Translations under genes and position numbers: made by a program
Assembly: GCA_963834415.1 (NCBI GenBank)
Contig: CAWIBP010000003.1
Coordinates: forward strand, 89,289-153,288
DNA: 64,000 bases
Source: an uncultured Actinomycetes bacterium
GTDB taxonomy: Bacteria > Actinomycetota > Thermoleophilia > Gaiellales > JALYLC01
Reading direction: 5' to 3'
Notes under the pieces: model-generated
What the model was told of the DNA's origin: nothing
What the model saw: only the letters and a program-made list of their open reading frames with translations
The model's database searches: none
In this document: piece after piece, positions 58,482-64,000 of the stretch
How the letters are laid out: every line of letters begins with the position of its first letter
How positions within the stretch are numbered: the first letter of the stretch is position 1

Positions 58482-59013
58482 TGCGGAGGATCTGGATGGT
58501 CGAGGCGCCGTAGCGGCGGGGTGTGTCGGCGGGCAGGTCGAGCGGGATCTCCAGGCCGTGCGCGCTCTCGATCACGATGACCGCTCCGGGCGCGAGCACG
58601 GCGGGCAGGAGCTCGCCAAGCGCCGCAGCATAGCCCGCAGCGGCGGCGTAGGGCGGATCCAGCAGCACGAGATCGTAGAGCGAGCCGGCGCGCGCCTCGT
58701 CCCGGAGCACGCGCTTGAAGTCGGCGCGGCGCACCTCGGCACGCCCCTCGAGCCCGAGCGCCTTGACGTTGGCGCGCACGCAGGCGATGCTCGCGGCGGC
58801 GTCGTCGGCGAACAGGCAGGTCGTCGCGCCGCGCGAGAGCGCCTCGAGGCCGAGCGCGCCCGAGCCGGCGAAGAGATCGAGCGCCGCAGCGCCGCCGAGC
58901 GGCCCGAGGCGCGCGAACAGCGACTCGCGCACGCGGCCCGCGGTGGGGCGCACGAGGCGTCCGCGTGGCGTGTCCAGCACGCGGCCGCCGAGCTCGCCCG
59001 CGATGATCCTCAC
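58471..59013 (-). CDS. rsmD: 16S rRNA (guanine966-N2)-methyltransferase RsmD
   Basis: GTG at 59013. Reads VRIIAGELGGRVLDTPRG..RPT.GRVRESLF...LDLFAGSGALGLEALSRGA...DLVLLDPPY. Confidence 0.88.
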   Translation of the reverse strand: MRIIAGELGGRVLDTPRGRLVRPTAGRVRESLFARLGPLGGAAALDLFAGSGALGLEALSRGATTCLFADDAAASIACVRANVKALGLEGRAEVRRADFKRVLRDEARAGSLYDLVLLDPPYAAAAGYAAALGELLPAVLAPGAVIVIESAHGLEIPLDLPADTPRRYGASTIQILRNGP

Positions 59014-61104
59014 GCGCGCCCGATCCGCTCGACGAGCCCGCCGAAGCGCTCGCGCGCGGCCTGGGCGAGCACCGCCTCGAACGGGCCCCGGCGCGCCAGC
59101 AGGCGGGCGTCGGAGCGCGAGCGCGCGACCAGGCGGCGGTGGCGTGCGAGGCTCACGTGGCGCAGGTCGCTGGCGCCCGACTGGCGCAGCCCCGAGAGCT
59201 CGCCCTCGCCGCGCAGGCGCAGGTCGATCTCGGCCAGGTCGAAGCCGCTCGCATGCTCGCAGAGCGCCTCGAGGCGCTTCTGCCCGAGCTCGCTCGGGTC
59301 GGGCGACTCGAACAGGAAGCAGTACGACTGCTCGCTGCTGCGCCCCACCCGGCCGCGCAGCTGGTGCAGCTGCGAGAGGCCGAAGCGGTCGGCGTCCTCG
59401 ATCACCATCGCGGTCGCGTTGGCGACGTCGATGCCGACCTCGATCACCGTCGTCGCCACCAGCACCTGGATCTCCGCGGCGGCGAACGCCCGCATCGTCG
59501 CGAGCCGCTCGGCGGCCTTCTGGCGGCCGTGCACGACGCCGACGACGAGCGGCGCGAGCGCCGCGGCGAGCTCGGCGTGCAGCTCCTCGGCGGCGCGCGC
59601 CTGCACGGTCTCGGAGCCCTCGACGAGCGGGCAGACGACGTAGGCCTGGCGGCGGTGCTCCTGCCACTGGCCGATCAGCCAGCGGTGGCAGTCGTCGCGC
59701 TTCGCTGCGCGCACGCGGCGCGTGATGATCGGCTTGCGCCCGGCCGGCAGCTCGCGCAGCTCGGTGAGGTCGAGATCGCCGTAGAGCGAGAGCGCCAGCG
59801 AGCGCGGGATCGGCGTCGCCGTCATGTGCAGCGAGTGCGCGCCGTGGCCCTCGGAGAGCGCTGCCCGCTGCTCGACGCCGAAGCGATGCTGCTCGTCGAC
59901 GACGATCACGCGCAGGCGGTCGAACTCGACGCTCTTCTCGAGCAGCGCGTGCGTGCCGACGACGAGCGCGGCGTCGCCCGAGGCGATGCGCTGCAGCCGC
60001 ACACGGCGCTCGGCCGCCGGCAGGTCGCCGGTGATCACGGCGAGCTCGACGCCGAGCGGCTCGACGAGCGAGCGCACGGTCGCCGCGTGCTGCTGCACGA
60101 GCACCTCGGTCGGCGCGAGCAACGCGCCCTGCGCGCCCCGCTCGGCCGCGCGCAGCAGCGCGTGCACGGCCACGACCGTCTTGCCCGAGCCGACGTCGCC
60201 GAGCAGCAGCCGGCGCATCGGCCGGCCGCGGGCGAGGTCGCGGTCGACGTCGCGGATGCTGCGCTTCTGGCCGGTCGTGAGCGTGAAGGGCAGCGATGCG
60301 TGGTAGCGCTCGAGCAGCTCGCCGGAGCGGCCGAGCGCCTCCGCCCCGGGCGCGGCGGCGCGGCGCTCCGCGAGCGCCACCTGCAGCAGCAGGAGCTCCT
60401 CGTAGGCCAGGCGATCGCCGGCCACGCGCGTATCGCCGGGGTCGCGCGGCGCGTGCAGCGAGACGATCGCGTCGCGGCGCAGCGGCAGCCGCCGGGCCAG
60501 GCGCAGCTCCGACGGCAGCGGATCGCCGATCGCGTCGCTGCGCGGGCAGATGCTCCTCGACGAGCTCGCGCATGGTGCGCGTCGAGAGCGTGCGCGAGGC
60601 GTCGTAGACCGCCACGACCCCGCTCGTGTGCAGCCCCTCCCCGGCCTCGGCCAGGACTTCGTGCTCGCGCACGGCGAGCTCGAGGCCGCGCCCGGCGCGC
60701 ACGGTCGCGCGCAGCTGCAGCAGCTGGCCCGGCAGCAGCGTGCTTGGCAAGGAAGCCCTGGTTGAACCAGATCGCGGTGGCCGCGCCCGAGTCGTCCTTG
60801 ACGTGCGCCTCGACGATGCGCAGGTTGCGGCGGCGCGTCGGGCGCACGTGGACGCGAGACGAGCTCGACGCGCACCGTGGCCTCCGAGCCGACGACCACG
60901 TCGCCGAGCGCCGAGCACGCCCTCGGAGTAGTCGCGCCAGGCCCGCGGCGGGGTCTCGAGCAGGTCGCCCGCGGTCAGGATGCCGCGCTTCGCGAGCGCG
61001 GCCGCGACCGTGTCCGTACGCACCTCGACCGGGACGGCGAGGCGCTCGTGATCAGGCGCGGTGCGCGGCTTGGGCCGCTCGCGCGCGGGCACCGCGAACG
61101 TCAT
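59010..61104 (-). CDS. recG: ATP-dependent DNA helicase RecG (at least five frame breaks in the N-terminal wedge region, 60540-60900)
   Basis: ATG at 61104 (MTFAVPARERPKP...). The helicase core is intact: LPFTLTTGQKRSI...RLLLGDVGSGKTVVA...VVDEQHRFGV...MTATPIPRSL...VHGRQKAAE...LVATTVIEVGIDVANATAMVIEDADRFGLSQLHQLRGRVGR. Confidence 0.88.
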
Positions 61105-62081
61105 TCCGGGGCAGGATACGACTGCCGGCGGCCGCGCGAGAACCCTGCCGCGAGCGCGAGCAGGAGCGCCTCGACGATCGTGATCGCGAGGCGGTTGAGC
61201 ACGACGGCGCCGACGACGGCGCTCTCGGGGGCGATCGCGAGCATGAACGCCCCCACGGCGCCCTCGCGCACGCCCAGGCCCGACGGGAAGATCACCGTGA
61301 TCACGGCGACGATCGCGCCGACGGCGCTCGCACCGCCCAGGTAGGCGAAGGCCTCGATTCCCGGATCGGCGCCCACCGACGCCAGCAGCGTCGTCAGCGC
61401 GGCTCCGCCGACGACCCAGGTGCACGCGTAGAAGAGCAGCACGCCGATCGCCGTGCCCCACGGCAGCGGATCGATCACGGCGCCGCCGAACGGTCGCAGC
61501 ACGCGCGTCGCGAGCGGCGCGAAGACGCGCGGGTGGAGCAGGCCGGCGGCCAGCACCGCGAACCCGACGACGGGCCAGATGGGCGCGTCCACGCCCGAGA
61601 CGAAGGGCAGGCTCGCGGCCAGGACGATCACGCCCGCGACTGCCGAGAAGCCGGCCTCGAGCAGGATCGTCGCGAGCACCACGGAGGTGTTGTCGACGCC
61701 GGCGCGACGCACGGCGAGCACGCGCGCGGCGGGCGTCCAGACGCCGCCCGGGATGTACTTCGCGAGCATCGAGAGCATCTCGGCGCCGAGCACGGCGCGA
61801 TAGCCGAGGCGGATCCCGTAGGCGCGCAGGATCGCCTGCCAGCCGAGCACGAAGAGCAGGTAGTAGACGGCGAGCAGGGCGTGCGCGAGCAGCACGAGCT
61901 TGAGGTCGGCGTGACGCAGCCGCGGCCAGGCGTCGCGGATCGCGTCGCTGAAGCCGAAGCCGAGGATCGCGAGCACGGCGACGGCGGCCGCGATCTGCAG
62001 GCCGGCGAGCAGCCGCGGGCGGGCCTTCAGCCACGCGGACGCCCTGCGCAGCCGGCTCCCTACGGTGTCTCGCGCGCCCAC
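61101..62081 (-). CDS. UPF0104 / lysylphosphatidylglycerol-synthase-TM-region family membrane protein
   Basis: Intact reading from GTG 62081 with about eight TM segments. ATGA overlap with the recG start. Confidence 0.7.
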   Translation of the reverse strand: MGARDTVGSRLRRASAWLKARPRLLAGLQIAAAVAVLAILGFGFSDAIRDAWPRLRHADLKLVLLAHALLAVYYLLFVLGWQAILRAYGIRLGYRAVLGAEMLSMLAKYIPGGVWTPAARVLAVRRAGVDNTSVVLATILLEAGFSAVAGVIVLAASLPFVSGVDAPIWPVVGFAVLAAGLLHPRVFAPLATRVLRPFGGAVIDPLPWGTAIGVLLFYACTWVVGGAALTTLLASVGADPGIEAFAYLGGASAVGAIVAVITVIFPSGLGVREGAVGAFMLAIAPESAVVGAVVLNRLAITIVEALLLALAAGFSRGRRQSYPAPE

Positions 62082-62938
62082 ACGAGTCCTGCGCCGCCGG
62101 GTCCGGTGTTCGTCCCGACGACGGCGCCGAGCGGAGCCACGAGCTCGATCTCGGCCTGCGGGCGCACGCTGCGGATGCGCTCGGCGATGTCGTTCGCGAT
62201 GCTCTCGGCCTGAGCGTGCGCGATCCCGATGCGCAGCCGCTCGTCGGGCCGCGTGTCCTCGCACACGAGCCGCTCGAGCTCGGACAGCAGGCGGGCGTGG
62301 CCGCGCACCTTGCCGAGCGGCTCGACCTCGCCCTCGACGAGCGTCAGCAGCGGCCGCACGCCGAGCAGGCCGCCCACGAGCGCCTGACCGCGGCCGATGC
62401 GGCCGTTGCGCTGCAGGTACTCGAGCGTCTCGAAGGCGAACACGAGCCGCGAGCGCCGGTGGAAGCCCTCGGCCTCGGCGACCAGGGCGGCGAGCTCGCA
62501 CGGCCCGGCCTCGAGCTGCCGCGCGATGCCGAGACCGGCCAGCGCGAGGCCGATCGAGACCGTGCGGGTGTCGACCACGGTCACGCGGCCGCCCAGCTCG
62601 CCGGCCGCGAGCCGCGCCGAGCTGACGGTCGCCGAGAGCGCCTCCGAGAGGTGCAGCGAGAGCACGTGCTCGTAGCCGCCCGCCTCGAGCAGGTCGCGGT
62701 AGACGGCGGCGAAGCGCTCGGGCGGCGGCGCGGCGGTGCGCGGCGGCCGCGGGTCGCTCGCGAGGCGCTCGTAGAAGCGCTCCGGCGTGATCTCGTCGTA
62801 GTCGAGCAGCTCCTCGTCGCCGAAGCGCACCGTCAGCGGCACCATCCGCATGTTGGCGTGGCGCTCGCGGCAGTCGGGAAGGTCGGAGGTCGAGTCGAGG
62901 ACGATCGCGCAGCGCTCTGCGGTCAGACCCGCGCTCAC
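62060..62938 (-). CDS. DegV-family fatty-acid-binding protein
   Basis: GTGA overlap with the yloV stop. Reads AIVLDSTSDLP...VPLTVRFGDEELLD...HVLSLHLSEALSATVSSARLAA...AFETLEYLQRNGRIGRGQA...GIAHAQ...LGAVVGTNTGPG. Confidence 0.85.
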   Translation of the reverse strand: MSAGLTAERCAIVLDSTSDLPDCRERHANMRMVPLTVRFGDEELLDYDEITPERFYERLASDPRPPRTAAPPPERFAAVYRDLLEAGGYEHVLSLHLSEALSATVSSARLAAGELGGRVTVVDTRTVSIGLALAGLGIARQLEAGPCELAALVAEAEGFHRRSRLVFAFETLEYLQRNGRIGRGQALVGGLLGVRPLLTLVEGEVEPLGKVRGHARLLSELERLVCEDTRPDERLRIGIAHAQAESIANDIAERIRSVRPQAEIELVAPLGAVVGTNTGPGGAGLVWARETP

Positions 62939-64000
62939 TCGGCGCTCACGGAGTAGCGGGGGTGCGCCTGCCCGCCCGCGTGGAGCTCGAGCTCGACGCC
63001 GGGGTGCGCCTCGGCGAGCCAGGCCGCGAGCGCGTCGAGCGCGGCCTGCTCGGCAGCCTGGCCGGCGAGCACGGTCACGAGCGTCGAGCCGGGCGCGAGC
63101 GCTCGCGCGACGGCATCGCGCAGCGCGACGGCGTCGCCGCCCCCGCCGCCCGGCACCTCGGCGCCGCCGACCCAGGAGGTCGCCGCGGCCAGGCTCGCGG
63201 CCAGCACGTCGGCGGTCTGGTCGGTGCGGTAGCCGACGAGCGCTGCGAGGCCCTGGGCGAGCCCGCGCGAGGGCACGACGCGCACCGTCTTGGCGGCCGC
63301 GTGCGCCGCGTACTCGGCGACGGCCATCAGGTGCCGGTCGTTGGGCAGCACGACGATGCCGGGCGCCGGGCTCTGGCGCATGGCCGCGAGCAGCTCGTCC
63401 GCGCTCGGGCGGCCGCTCAGCAGGAGGCGGGCGCCGAGGCTCGCGTAGAGCACGCGGTTGCCGTCGCCGTCCACGATCGCGAGCACGTCGGCCAGCCGCC
63501 CGTCGTCCTCCAGCGCGGCCGCGCCGGCCGTGCGGGCCGCCAGCTCGTCGCGCTGCTCGTACATGTCGCTGATCTCGACGCCCGAGAGCGCGCCGAGCGC
63601 GGTCGCGGCCGTGAGCGCACGGCCCGGATCGTCGGTGTGCACGTGCGCGCGCACGAGCTCGCCGTCGGCGACGACCACGAGGCAGTCGCCGAGCGGCGCG
63701 AGCTGCTCCTCGAGCTGCTCGCGCGGGAAGGCGCCCGAGACCAGGAACCCGGTGCAGTAGCGCGGCCCGGCGTAGTCGGCCGCCACGGACTCGCCCTGGT
63801 GCTCCCACAGCGGCGCCGCATCGGCCACGGGCTCGCCGCGCAGGGCGGCGAGCGCGCCGCGCACGAGCTCGACGAGCCCCGCGCCGCCGGCGTCGACCAC
63901 GCCGGCCGCACGCAGGGAGGGCAGCAGGTCGGGCGTGCGCGCGAGCGCGAGCTCGGCGGCCGCGAGCCCGGCGGCGAGCGTTGCGATGGGATCGGGTGAG
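62935..64000 (-). CDS. DAK2-domain fusion protein YloV (5' end outside window)
   Basis: The frame is open to the window edge. Reads ...LPSLRAAGVVDAGGAGLVEL..., then a C-terminal DegV-like/YloV domain: VVADGELVRAHVHTDDPG...GIVVLPNDRHL...VVPSRGLAQGLAALV. Conserved neighbour of degV and recG. Confidence 0.85.
   Translation of the reverse strand, partial: SPDPIATLAAGLAAAELALARTPDLLPSLRAAGVVDAGGAGLVELVRGALAALRGEPVADAAPLWEHQGESVAADYAGPRYCTGFLVSGAFPREQLEEQLAPLGDCLVVVADGELVRAHVHTDDPGRALTAATALGALSGVEISDMYEQRDELAARTAGAAALEDDGRLADVLAIVDGDGNRVLYASLGARLLLSGRPSADELLAAMRQSPAPGIVVLPNDRHLMAVAEYAAHAAAKTVRVVPSRGLAQGLAALVGYRTDQTADVLAASLAAATSWVGGAEVPGGGGGDAVALRDAVARALAPGSTLVTVLAGQAAEQAALDALAAWLAEAHPGVELELHAGGQAHPRYSVSAE

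Noticed and set aside
59139-62213. A 1024-aa plus-strand ORF.
   Set aside because: It is antisense to recG and the UPF0104 gene. It is low-complexity and Arg-rich, with no recognisable domain.

Overview
A 64-kb, very GC-rich chromosomal segment of actinobacterial type. The phylum-level guess rests only on gene content and order. Most genes are housekeeping. They include a caa3-type haem-copper oxidase cluster (ctaC-ctaD-ctaE, plus ctaB), moeA-fdhD, and an ECF-type cbiM/PDGLE/cbiQ/cbiO metal transporter. A TerC exporter sits behind a riboswitch-like leader, followed by aqpZ and tRNA-Pro(GGG). On the minus strand there is an lpdA-proS-pdhA-pdhB-E2-CBS string, then a NarL-type two-component pair beside an ABC-2 transporter, and pheST behind a T-box leader. 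The window ends with the conserved block infC-rpmI-rplT, ftsY, smc, rnc, acpP, plsX, rpmF, yceD, coaD, rsmD, recG, UPF0104, degV, yloV. Many neighbours are joined by ATGA/GTGA overlaps.

The less ordinary content:
- An RsiG-like protein with two copies of the c-di-GMP-binding helix motif, near an orphan fliW and a GGDEF cyclase.
- A STAS / secreted S8 peptidase / STAS cassette; the peptidase has Glu where its paralogue in this window has the catalytic His.
- Two apparent internal-deletion chimeras: an aldo-keto reductase remnant, and an ECF sigma region 2 fused to an anti-sigma-like membrane protein.
- An IF3 with a long Ala/Lys/Pro tail.

Caveat: homology-guided reading needs roughly a hundred +/-1 frame changes (hand count), many in essential genes and very unevenly distributed. 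Many coordinates therefore span several ORF-track fragments and are approximate. No rRNA, CRISPR array, transposase or integrase was seen.
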